41,367 nucleotides of DNA from Myxococcota bacterium (GTDB taxonomy: Bacteria; Myxococcota; SpSt-1050), in contig JBMFOP010000013.1 in NCBI GenBank assembly GCA_049969675.1, positions 1 through 41,367 of the forward strand. The letters run 5' to 3'. This document shows, piece by piece, positions 1-8,521 of this stretch. Below the pieces are notes generated by a model that saw only the letters and a program-made list of their open reading frames with translations, was not told where the DNA came from and made no database searches. The translations under genes were made by a program, and so were the position numbers. Within the stretch, counting starts at the first letter, position 1. Each line of letters opens with the position of its first letter.

Positions 1-318
1 CTTTTCTTTATAAGTGAATCTACATTTTTTGGATTCTTTCTTGTTTGTCTTATTTTAATGGAATTATATCTTTTTACATCAATAATACGTAAAATAGATA
101 AATTTGATGAATTAAAATGGACTAATTACAAACTGAAAAAAGAATTAGAATCAATTGAAAAAATAGAGAGTGAAATAGAGCCAAGAGTGGAGAATATAAG
201 TAATCTCCTGAACAGTGAAATAACAGAGTTTGAAAATTTCCTGAAGACTGAAATAAATAAAATTGCAAAATATTTAAGCAAAAATAAGAATCCAGAAATT
301 AATTCATCTGCAAATTAA
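1..318 (+). CDS. Partial (5'-truncated) hypothetical membrane protein with a charged, coiled-coil-like C-terminus
   Basis: The frame of ORF 58..318 is open back to base 1 (LFFISESTFFGFFLVCLILMELYLF..., hydrophobic), followed by an E/K-rich helical tail. Confidence 0.55.
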   Translation, partial: LFFISESTFFGFFLVCLILMELYLFTSIIRKIDKFDELKWTNYKLKKELESIEKIESEIEPRVENISNLLNSEITEFENFLKTEINKIAKYLSKNKNPEINSSAN

Positions 319-397
319 TGGACATTATATCACCTCAAATCAGACTCTCATCTGGAACAGATCACCTTCTGGAACCAATATACAGTTCTTTCTGGAT

Positions 398-462
398 CTA
401 ATCTGCCATAGCCAAAACCAGAATCCATAAAAAATCTTCTGTGCATTTTGCTGAGATGTTAC
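398..462 (+). repeat. Dispersed ~65-bp double-hairpin repeat, copy A (degenerate)
   Basis: ctaatctgccatagccaaaaccagaatccataaaaaatcttctgtgcattttgctgagatgttac aligns with 40582..40646 (+) and 25174..25238 (-). Confidence 0.8.
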
Positions 463-542
463 GATTTAAGAATTTAAAGAATCTAATATCCCAGAACGAA
501 GAGAAAAGGCTCATATATAGCAAATCAGATTTCAAAAATAGT

Positions 543-571
543 TTGCATTCTCCTGAGTAGAAGCATATAAT
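543..571 (+). promoter_or_regulatory. Putative sigma70 promoter of the Cys-rich lipoprotein gene
   Basis: TTGCAT-17 bp-TATAAT, followed by SD AGGAGGT before ATG 601. Confidence 0.6.
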
Positions 572-600
572 AATAATGATTTCTCTTCAGGAGGTGTAAA

Positions 601-2460
601 ATGAAAAATTTCTTCACTTATATCTCTATGATTCTGTTGGTCTCTAATTTCTATTATTGCTCATCTGATACGAGTAATGGAGATAATAATCTGGATGTAT
701 CACAGGATATAATCCTTAATACAGATGTATCAGGAGATGGGGGGGTAAATCCAGATGGGGCTAAGGGGTGTATAAGGAATAGCGAGTGCCCGCTCGGAAA
801 TGTCTGTATCAATTCAGAATGTGTGGAAGGATGTAAATTAAATGCCGACTGTCCTCCAGATGCCCATCCCGAGAGAAAGTTATGTAATTCTTCACTCGGC
901 GAGCATGGCAGATGTGTGGAGTGTCTGGGGGATGAGGATTGTGCAAATGGTCTCTGCAATTCAGAGGGTCTTTGTGAAACTGCACCAGAGTGTGCCGATG
1001 ATAGGGACTGTATAGACCCCAAGAAACCATATTGTGAAAGATCAGAGGGGAAGTGCTATGAGTGCACTGACGGTTCGCATTGCAGGTCTCAAAGTTGTAC
1101 AAATCATATCTGTGACCCGTTTACTGGCTGTGATAAGGATGAGGATTGTAAAGACCCAAATCTCCCTCACTGTGACACGACGGATAATAAGTGTTATGAG
1201 TGTGTGGAAGGGGGGCATTGCCTCTCAAATAGCTGTACCGACCATAGATGCGATCCACTTAAGAGTTGCACAACAGATAGAGACTGTCCTCCCCTTGTCC
1301 CATATTGCGACCCGTCTGATGATAAATGCTATGAGTGTGTTGCAAGCAATCAATGTAAGGAGGGGTTATGTATCAATCACAAATGTGATACCTCTCTTGA
1401 TTGTACAAAGAATGGATGCGCGGATAAAGAGAAGTGTGACTCATTTACAAAGAAGTGTTATCCGGAATGCTCCTCTCAGGATATTCAGGGATATACAATT
1501 TATTATTGTACACCTCCATATCCTATATTGGGGTGTGATGATTCACAGAAGGTCTGTTATCCCTGCACAAAGAATGCAGATTGTAATGGGAAGGTCTGTG
1601 ATACAAAGTATCATGAGTGTATCTATTGTTATAATGATGCGGTATGTTCCCCGAATGTGTGTAAGGAAGAAGATGGGCTCTGTGTAGAGTGTGTACAGAA
1701 TACAGATTGCAAGGATACCTCAAAGCCACTCTGTAAAGATGACAATACCTGTGTCCAGTGTCTCACAGATAATGATTGCCCAAAATCTTTACCACATTGC
1801 GATGAGAGAAATGTCTGCAGGGAGTGTCTTAATGATTCTCAATGTTCAAATAATATGAGGTGCGATCCATTCTACAGGAAGTGTGTAGAATGTCTGAGCA
1901 ATAGTGATTGTAAAGATCCAGCCCGACCGAAGTGTGATAGCCTGTATCATAAGTGTGTTGAATCAAATATCAAAGCCCAGTGTGAAAGCTGTACAGCAGA
2001 TTCTGAGTGTGGGAGCGGAAATTACTGTGTTATTAATAAGACCTTGTTCGGTCAGGAGCTTGAACGCGCCTGTGCCTGGCCGTGCACCTCTGATATTGAG
2101 TGTCCAAAAGGGTATTATTGTGTCAGTAAACCGACAGTAGGTTCTGGAAATAAGAATGTATGCTATCCCGACTATGCCAAACTTTCAAACATCCTGCTTA
2201 TTCAGGCATCTACCTGTCAGGGACTGAAGGATGTATTTAAGCTAAATTGCAATAATCAGCAGGATACCTGTGGATTGCCAGATGTAAAGGATTCAGTCTG
2301 CATTGAGATACAGCAATACAATATCTCTGTCTGTGAAATACCGTGCGTGGATGACAGAGATTGCCCGGACGCCAATGTCCATGGGAAGATGGTGGCTACC
2401 AAGTGTTCAGAGATCCCCAATGTTCCACTGGTAAAGCTGTGTATGCCTTCGTTATATTAG
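601..2460 (+). CDS. Cysteine-rich repeat lipoprotein (Myxococcales-type CxxDxDC / PxCD...CVEC repeats)
   Basis: Signal peptide ending in Cys20 (NFYY-CSSD), an acidic low-complexity linker, then about 86 Cys (manual count) in repeated 4- and 8-Cys modules; strong SD. Confidence 0.85.
   Translation: MKNFFTYISMILLVSNFYYCSSDTSNGDNNLDVSQDIILNTDVSGDGGVNPDGAKGCIRNSECPLGNVCINSECVEGCKLNADCPPDAHPERKLCNSSLGEHGRCVECLGDEDCANGLCNSEGLCETAPECADDRDCIDPKKPYCERSEGKCYECTDGSHCRSQSCTNHICDPFTGCDKDEDCKDPNLPHCDTTDNKCYECVEGGHCLSNSCTDHRCDPLKSCTTDRDCPPLVPYCDPSDDKCYECVASNQCKEGLCINHKCDTSLDCTKNGCADKEKCDSFTKKCYPECSSQDIQGYTIYYCTPPYPILGCDDSQKVCYPCTKNADCNGKVCDTKYHECIYCYNDAVCSPNVCKEEDGLCVECVQNTDCKDTSKPLCKDDNTCVQCLTDNDCPKSLPHCDERNVCRECLNDSQCSNNMRCDPFYRKCVECLSNSDCKDPARPKCDSLYHKCVESNIKAQCESCTADSECGSGNYCVINKTLFGQELERACAWPCTSDIECPKGYYCVSKPTVGSGNKNVCYPDYAKLSNILLIQASTCQGLKDVFKLNCNNQQDTCGLPDVKDSVCIEIQQYNISVCEIPCVDDRDCPDANVHGKMVATKCSEIPNVPLVKLCMPSLY
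991..1401 (+). repeat. Three tandem ~138-nt (46-aa) 8-Cys coding repeats
   Basis: Units start at 991 (CADDRDC), 1129 (CDKDEDC) and 1267 (CTTDRDC); each contains PxC...KCYEC...C....C....CD. Confidence 0.8.
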
Positions 2461-2561
2461 GGGTTAAATATTATCGGACGATTGTCGTATATATTTAATG
2501 TTGCTTTTTTGAGATAATGGTAAATGGAATATAGATTGGACATATTCCAAGGAGGTCAGAT

Positions 2562-4805
2562 ATGACTGCTAAAAAATTAATAACATCCGTGATGGTCTTT
2601 GGGGTGATATTTTCTGTCTTTGTCTTTTCCTGCTCGGATGATGCGACCACTAATGGGAATAAGACTGTGCAGATAAAGAGGGGACTTGTAGTGGTCGGAC
2701 AGGCTCAGGTAAATACAGTACCAAATACCACAGAGAAATTTACTGTACTATACTTTGAAACTGATGATAAGGCTACAAAGGGTCTTCCGGGCGAAAATCT
2801 CACATTAAAATTCTTAAAAGACGCCAGGGATTCAAAGCTGGCGAAAAATGTGGTTACAACCGATAACAATGGGAGAGCGGATATAGAGGTTATGGTAGGC
2901 AAAAACTTCCCTACTAACGCCCCAACTACAATGCAGATTGAGGTATCTCCTCAAAGTATTGATACCTCCAGGTATAAAGTTGACCCAATTTATCTTACTT
3001 TAACTGTGAGGCCTGTTGGTTCATCTCTCAAGGCAGTAGGTCCTACGGAGAGACAGGGGTGTGTAAAACAGAAGGTTACATTGCAGGTAAAGATGACTCA
3101 GATAGATTACACCAGTAAACAGACCAGAGAGATTCCACTTCAGGGGAAAGTTGTGACTTTCGGGATCGTTCATGCAGCCCAGGAACAGTTGAGTGCAAAA
3201 TTTGATCCATCAGGTGGAGATACAGTACAGGTTGAGACGAATCTCTCCGGTATCGCATCCGCAACCCTCTATGCAGGGGATGAGGCGAGGGACTATACCA
3301 TACTTGCTCAGGCAGAAGGTGTCCCCAGTGTTCAATTCCATCTGGTTATTAATTCGGAGGAGAGCTGTGTCGCTGGTTGTAAGACCTCAAAAGATTGTGG
3401 TGAAGGGCTCATCTGTGTAAATGGGGAGTGTAAGAGCAAAGATGAACCGATTGCCTGTCAGACCACAAAGGATTGTCCATCGGGTTATGAGTGCATCAAT
3501 AATGTGTGCGAGACTACAACCACCTGTCCACCGGGATACCATCTGGATCCGGGTGGCCCAGGCCAGTCTCCGTCCTGTGTGGCAGATAATCCAGATGTTA
3601 AACCCTGTAAGACAGATGCTGATTGTCCAGGTCCAAATTACTATTGTCAGGATGGAGAGTGTAAGGAGATTAAGACGAGTTGTGACTCTATCTCTGATTG
3701 TCCTTATGGTTACATCTGTGAGAATAATACCTGCGTGCCGGGAGGTGGTCAGGGTTGTAAGACAGATACTGACTGCCCAACAGGCTTCTGTAAAGATGGG
3801 AAATGTATAAGCTGTATAAAAGACTCTGACTGTCCGCAGGATAATATCTGCGCAGAGGGGATATGTGTACCCAAACCCAAATGTGGAGATATGGAGGATG
3901 AAGATGTAACCGGGCTATGGTACACCGAGCATGAGTTTGACCTCTCCAATGCACTATTAGGATTACCAAAGCTTGCTGAACCTCTGGACTTTATTGATCA
4001 GGTCTTCAAAGGTAACCTCGGTGACATAGGAAATATTCCAATAATCGGAGACATTCTCAAAGGACTTGTTCAGGACCTCATCAAACAGTATGTTCCGCCG
4101 TGGGTACCAAATCTGGTTCACGGTCTGAATGCCCTTGCAAATATACTGCAACAGATGAAGGTTCTTGGCGTTATGGAGCTCTGGAATACTCAGGTCCCCG
4201 ATATGGTCAATGGTAAAGAGCAGTGGGAGAGCATTATTGTATGGTGGATAGATCAGTGTCCACAGGGCAGACAGGATCCAAATTGGCCACAGTGTGCAGA
4301 GCTGGATATCGCAATGGGAGATGCCGATATCAAGATGACAGAGAACAGACCTATTGTAGGAGTTGTAGATTGTGATACATTGTTTATAAAAGAGCGCGTG
4401 GTGGAGTTTGAGGCATACAAATTGATTAATTACCTTGTAAATCTTATCACCCAGATTACAACGGGATATGATACACTGGAGGATGCCGTTCAGAATATGA
4501 TTGACTGTTCAGAGGTGCAGCAGGCGGTGGACGATATGGCGTGTGATATGTCAAATGGGAGTATCTGCTCTGTGCCGGGTGTGGAGGCTGCCTGTGAGGC
4601 CGCCAAGAAGCAGCTCCCGAAGGCATTGATGGATTGGCTGGCAAAACAGGGAGTCCCGACCAAGATGACATTCGCTGGCTCTGCGAAGATAGCTGATGAT
4701 GACAAAGACAAATATGCAGACCATCTAAAGGATGGTGTCTGGAATGGAAAGATTGAAGTAATCTTCAATGGGAAGCTGACCGGCAAATGGAAGGGTGAGA
4801 GATAA
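2562..4805 (+). CDS. Large lipoprotein: Ig-like (Big_1/invasin-like) domains, CxxxxDC repeats and a C-terminal globular domain
   Basis: Lipobox FVFS-C; VTTDNNGRA and VETNLSGIA Ig-like motifs; multiple CKTDxDCP repeats; SD AGGAGG. Confidence 0.8.
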   Translation: MTAKKLITSVMVFGVIFSVFVFSCSDDATTNGNKTVQIKRGLVVVGQAQVNTVPNTTEKFTVLYFETDDKATKGLPGENLTLKFLKDARDSKLAKNVVTTDNNGRADIEVMVGKNFPTNAPTTMQIEVSPQSIDTSRYKVDPIYLTLTVRPVGSSLKAVGPTERQGCVKQKVTLQVKMTQIDYTSKQTREIPLQGKVVTFGIVHAAQEQLSAKFDPSGGDTVQVETNLSGIASATLYAGDEARDYTILAQAEGVPSVQFHLVINSEESCVAGCKTSKDCGEGLICVNGECKSKDEPIACQTTKDCPSGYECINNVCETTTTCPPGYHLDPGGPGQSPSCVADNPDVKPCKTDADCPGPNYYCQDGECKEIKTSCDSISDCPYGYICENNTCVPGGGQGCKTDTDCPTGFCKDGKCISCIKDSDCPQDNICAEGICVPKPKCGDMEDEDVTGLWYTEHEFDLSNALLGLPKLAEPLDFIDQVFKGNLGDIGNIPIIGDILKGLVQDLIKQYVPPWVPNLVHGLNALANILQQMKVLGVMELWNTQVPDMVNGKEQWESIIVWWIDQCPQGRQDPNWPQCAELDIAMGDADIKMTENRPIVGVVDCDTLFIKERVVEFEAYKLINYLVNLITQITTGYDTLEDAVQNMIDCSEVQQAVDDMACDMSNGSICSVPGVEAACEAAKKQLPKALMDWLAKQGVPTKMTFAGSAKIADDDKDKYADHLKDGVWNGKIEVIFNGKLTGKWKGER

Positions 4806-4809
4806 TTCT

Positions 4810-5025
4810 ATGTACGATAGAGATTTTGACGAGGAGCCCAAAAGTAAACCACAGCTTCCTCTCTCAAAAATAAGATTTTATGAATTTGATTGTCCAAATT
4901 GTGACGCCAATAATCCAATGAATGATGGCTTTAAGCACGATGACGAGGTTGCCTGTCTTTACTGTGGGCTGGAATTTAAGGTAAAGACATTGTCGGAGGA
5001 TAGATTTAAGCTTATCCCCATTTGA
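4810..5025 (+). CDS. Small zinc-ribbon protein
   Basis: CPNC and CLYC pairs. ATG 4810 lies just after the upstream stop (the track starts at 4795). Confidence 0.7.
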   Translation: MYDRDFDEEPKSKPQLPLSKIRFYEFDCPNCDANNPMNDGFKHDDEVACLYCGLEFKVKTLSEDRFKLIPI

Positions 5026-5034
5026 TTAAATATT

Positions 5035-6408
5035 TTATCTCGGAAGTTTCATATTGCCAGAGTAATAATCCAGAATAATCTTTTTGATTTTCATATCATA
5101 TTGTGCCTTATTCTTCATAATTCCGGACTGTGCATATGCAACGAGTGCATCAATAAGCCCCTTTGTATCTCCAAGTCCTATGTTGTAATTCATCGTCTCA
5201 GTTGTAAGCCACTTCTTTGCTGCCTTCTCACCCTTTAAATATGTCTCAAAATTATTCTTTGCCTCATTGTATTCTTCGTATAACTTTTTGGTCTGAAGTT
5301 CTATAGCATCTATCAATGCCTCCTCAAGATACTGATATTTCATAAACTGGGCATATGTCTGAATCTCTTTCCCATACTTTATACCTATCTCAAGGTTTAT
5401 CTTTGCCCCTATTCCAACTGCAAAGCCAAAGTAATTAAAGTCATCCCTTATCCAGGGATTTGTCTTATCAAATTCAAAATTGGAGTGAGAGAATCTGAGC
5501 CCGCCGCCAATAAAGATATCAGGGAGATATGCCATCTTTTGAGCTCTTGCAATGTCCTCCATCGCCTTCTTGAGATTTCTTAAAGCCTTAATCTCATATC
5601 TATTCTCTTTGGACCTGTTAATATACTCTGCAAGATCGATCTCATTTAAGTCAGAATCTGAAAGCGATTTATCCTTTGTCTCAATCTCCTCATCTATGTT
5701 ACAGAGCGTCTTCAGGGAAGATCTTGCAACTTCAAGCCCCTTTCTGGTCTCTGCAATCCTGTAATATAATTCCGATGAGTAATAATCCAATTTATAGAGG
5801 TCCTTCTCCGTCACATTCCCCTCTTCCCTTTCAAGCAGTTCCTTCAACTTCTTTCTGGCATCTTTTAGTCTATTCTCTCCATCATTTAAGACCCCCAATA
5901 TATCATTGAATAGGATGATTCCATAGTATGCCTGAGCTATCTGAATGGCTATATCTATCTCTTTCGCCTTAATATTCTCATCTGCTGACATTACTCCAGC
6001 TTCAGCTGCATCTTTCAGTCCCCCTAACTTTCCAAAGGTATAAATTGGATATACAATATCAACATTTGATTTAATCAGATATCCAAAACCACTATCTATC
6101 CCCATATAGCCGAAGTTTGAGGCATCTGTGACTCTATTTACCTCCTTCTTCTGATTTGCGATAGGCCCGCCACCCATAATATCAGCATTGATATATGGGA
6201 AGTAATATGCAGATTGTGCCTCTATATATTTTCCGCGATAATACTCTCTCTCCTCTTTCAGGCTCTTAATCTCTTTATTATTCTTTAATGCTATTGAGAT
6301 GAGGTCATTTAAGGAGAACTCTTTTGCTGTTAAAATGGTGGGAATCAGAGACAATATAGAAAGAGGGTAGAATACCTTTATCAAAAACCTATGGCTGTGC
6401 ATGAGCAT
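5035..6408 (-). CDS. TolC-family outer membrane efflux protein
   Basis: Signal peptide, LNDLISIALKNNKEIK, PIYTFGK, YLPDI motifs and two helical OEP-like repeats. Start uncertain (6408, 6402 or 6384). Confidence 0.85.
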   Translation of the reverse strand: MLMHSHRFLIKVFYPLSILSLIPTILTAKEFSLNDLISIALKNNKEIKSLKEEREYYRGKYIEAQSAYYFPYINADIMGGGPIANQKKEVNRVTDASNFGYMGIDSGFGYLIKSNVDIVYPIYTFGKLGGLKDAAEAGVMSADENIKAKEIDIAIQIAQAYYGIILFNDILGVLNDGENRLKDARKKLKELLEREEGNVTEKDLYKLDYYSSELYYRIAETRKGLEVARSSLKTLCNIDEEIETKDKSLSDSDLNEIDLAEYINRSKENRYEIKALRNLKKAMEDIARAQKMAYLPDIFIGGGLRFSHSNFEFDKTNPWIRDDFNYFGFAVGIGAKINLEIGIKYGKEIQTYAQFMKYQYLEEALIDAIELQTKKLYEEYNEAKNNFETYLKGEKAAKKWLTTETMNYNIGLGDTKGLIDALVAYAQSGIMKNKAQYDMKIKKIILDYYSGNMKLPR

Positions 6409-7259
6409 CCCTCCCTGTCAATCTCAAAGCTATTTGATGAGTCATAAGAGGAACCATCTGTATTGACATCCAGGATAGAGTTTCCTGCATCTAAAAACGG
6501 GTCATTCTTATAGCCAACGCAATTTCCTTTACCATCACAGTAATCATAAGGGGTTGAGGGGTCAGAATCGTCGCACTTTCTACCATTAACTACATCTGTC
6601 CAGTTATATTGGTCTATCAGGACATTGCAATATTTACATTCGTTGTCAGTCTTTACACTAAGGTCTTTAATACACTGGTTGTCAATAAGGCAGTATTCGC
6701 TTTTGACCTTGTTTATGCATCCACCCCGCCCATCACAGATATCTAATGTGCAGTCAATCCCGTCATCACATGAATATTCCTCTCCAATACACTCCCCACT
6801 TCCATTGCATCTATCATTCTTTGTGCAATTTAAGCCATCGTCACAACTCCTCCCCGCTTCATATGGGGTCCATTTGTATAAAGCACTTTTTGTATCGCAT
6901 ATTCTACAGCCATTTATATCTTCAGTCTTATCCGGAATGCATTTATGTTCAATCAGACAGAATCCATCTTTTAGAGTGTGAATACATCTCCCATTGCTAT
7001 CCCTCTCATCAGTGGTGCACTCAAGATCGTCTTTTATATTACTGGTAAATTTATATGGGTCTTTCAGAGGAAGGCAGATACCACAACCATCCTCAGATGT
7101 CTCATAAGTCTTATAGCATTTGTTGTCTATGAGGCAGTAATTTTCAAGCAGGTTATGTGAGCAGTTTCCATTCTCAAATACATCTTCTGTGCAAATCAAA
7201 TTGTCATTACATTCTGTCTGTGAGATAAAAAGTATTGAAATAATAAAGTAGAGCATCAC
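6381..7259 (-). CDS. Secreted Cys-rich repeat protein with C-terminal GCSC motif
   Basis: Short hydrophobic N-terminus; CDDGxxCTxDxC and CLIDNxC repeats; Ser/Asp linker; ends EGCSCTAIGF*. Confidence 0.8.
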   Translation of the reverse strand: MMLYFIISILFISQTECNDNLICTEDVFENGNCSHNLLENYCLIDNKCYKTYETSEDGCGICLPLKDPYKFTSNIKDDLECTTDERDSNGRCIHTLKDGFCLIEHKCIPDKTEDINGCRICDTKSALYKWTPYEAGRSCDDGLNCTKNDRCNGSGECIGEEYSCDDGIDCTLDICDGRGGCINKVKSEYCLIDNQCIKDLSVKTDNECKYCNVLIDQYNWTDVVNGRKCDDSDPSTPYDYCDGKGNCVGYKNDPFLDAGNSILDVNTDGSSYDSSNSFEIDREGCSCTAIGF

Positions 7260-8419
7260 TATCTTTTATTCTGTACCTTTTTTAGTTCCTCTTCTATTAC
7301 CATTATGTATTCCTGCAGGCTTTTTGCCCCTATTAACATCCGCCCATTTATAAATACTGTTGGTACACTTGCAATCTGACATTTAATACAGCTCTCAATA
7401 TCACGGGCGATGCTCTGTCTTATCTTGTTTGAATCCAGGCAGGATTCAAACTTATCCATATCAAGACCCAGTTCCTTTGCGTATCCAAGTATAGATTCTC
7501 TATCAAGATTCCCTCCCATAAGTCTATCTGCATAGTCCAGAAATCTGTCCTGCTCATTTGCGCACATAGCTGCATAAGATGCCACACATGCCCGTGGATG
7601 CATATTGTGACGGATCTTTGGATTGCACTCGGTCCCGAGCGGGAAATTCTTAAAGACAAATCTTATCTTCTCTGGATATCTTTTTATAGCCTCCTTTACA
7701 ACAAAGTATGCCTTACGACAGAATGGGCATTCAAAATCTGATATCTCAACAACCACTATCGGTGCATCAGACGGGCCAGATGATAGGGAATTGGAGATAT
7801 CAATATCTCTGTAGATAATTTCCTCTTTCTTTGAAATCTCTTTTGCCCTGTTCGCCGCCTTCTCATCTATAACCTTATAGCGCAATACCAGTGAGCTAAT
7901 TACAACAAATATAAAGAAAGTAATTATAATAATTGTAAAAACCCTATTCCCTCTCAACGGGCAGGATATATTGAGGGTAAAGTAATGTTTGATATTGAAT
8001 AGCCCCACAATCAGCAGAGACAGATTGACTATATAGAGCCCACAGCATAAGATACAGAAGGATTTGATAATCGCAAGTGAAAAGTATAAGAGCAAAATTG
8101 AATAGAGACAGCAGAATATAAAGATAAACAGATTAAAGGTGCTTAAAAGATTTGCTAGTGGATGTCCTCTAAGAGAGAAGAAGGCAAGAATTATAATAAA
8201 GATATATGTCAGGAATCCAAGGTGGGCTATCGGGATTGAAAAGAGCTCCGAATATTTTGAGGAGTTTACTGCATCACAATTTATTCTCTCTGAGATATTG
8301 CAGAAGCTTGAGTAGTCGGGATTGGATAGGACAGCCAGATGTAGATGAGTAAGCTCTAAAGATATTACAACACCAATTATTGCTATCAGGATTATTGATA
8401 TATATTGCCATCGTTTCAT
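7259..8419 (-). CDS. VKOR-DsbA/thioredoxin-fold fusion (disulfide bond formation)
   Basis: VKOR loop Cys (FCNISERINCDAVNSSKYS) and CILC motif in the TM region; soluble DsbA-like domain with SDFECPFC and cis-Pro loop VPTVFING. Confidence 0.92.
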   Translation of the reverse strand: MKRWQYISIILIAIIGVVISLELTHLHLAVLSNPDYSSFCNISERINCDAVNSSKYSELFSIPIAHLGFLTYIFIIILAFFSLRGHPLANLLSTFNLFIFIFCCLYSILLLYFSLAIIKSFCILCCGLYIVNLSLLIVGLFNIKHYFTLNISCPLRGNRVFTIIIITFFIFVVISSLVLRYKVIDEKAANRAKEISKKEEIIYRDIDISNSLSSGPSDAPIVVVEISDFECPFCRKAYFVVKEAIKRYPEKIRFVFKNFPLGTECNPKIRHNMHPRACVASYAAMCANEQDRFLDYADRLMGGNLDRESILGYAKELGLDMDKFESCLDSNKIRQSIARDIESCIKCQIASVPTVFINGRMLIGAKSLQEYIMVIEEELKKVQNKR

Positions 8420-8455
8420 AAAATATTAGTCTTCTTAAAACAAAACCAGCAAATT

Positions 8456-8484
8456 CTTATAAGATTATTGTAATTGGTTGTCAA
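8456..8484 (-). promoter_or_regulatory. Putative sigma70 promoter of the VKOR-DsbA operon
   Basis: TTGACA-17 bp-TATAAG on the minus strand. Confidence 0.55.
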
Positions 8485-8521
8485 ATGATAAAATGCATAT
8501 ATAAATTAGCAGTCTACCTTT

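Noticed and set aside
351..398. Three TCTGGA(A/T)C motifs as a possible mini-CRISPR or operator array
   Set aside because: Only 6-8 bp long with uneven spacing; no cas genes or true repeat-spacer structure.
1034..1687. 217-aa alternative-frame ORF, and other short nested ORFs in the Cys-rich genes
   Set aside because: Shadow of the TGT/GAT-rich repeat coding frame; no SD or recognisable domain.
2464..2498. Imperfect inverted repeat between the two lipoprotein genes as a terminator
   Set aside because: AT-rich weak stem without an adjacent U-tract; cannot be supported.
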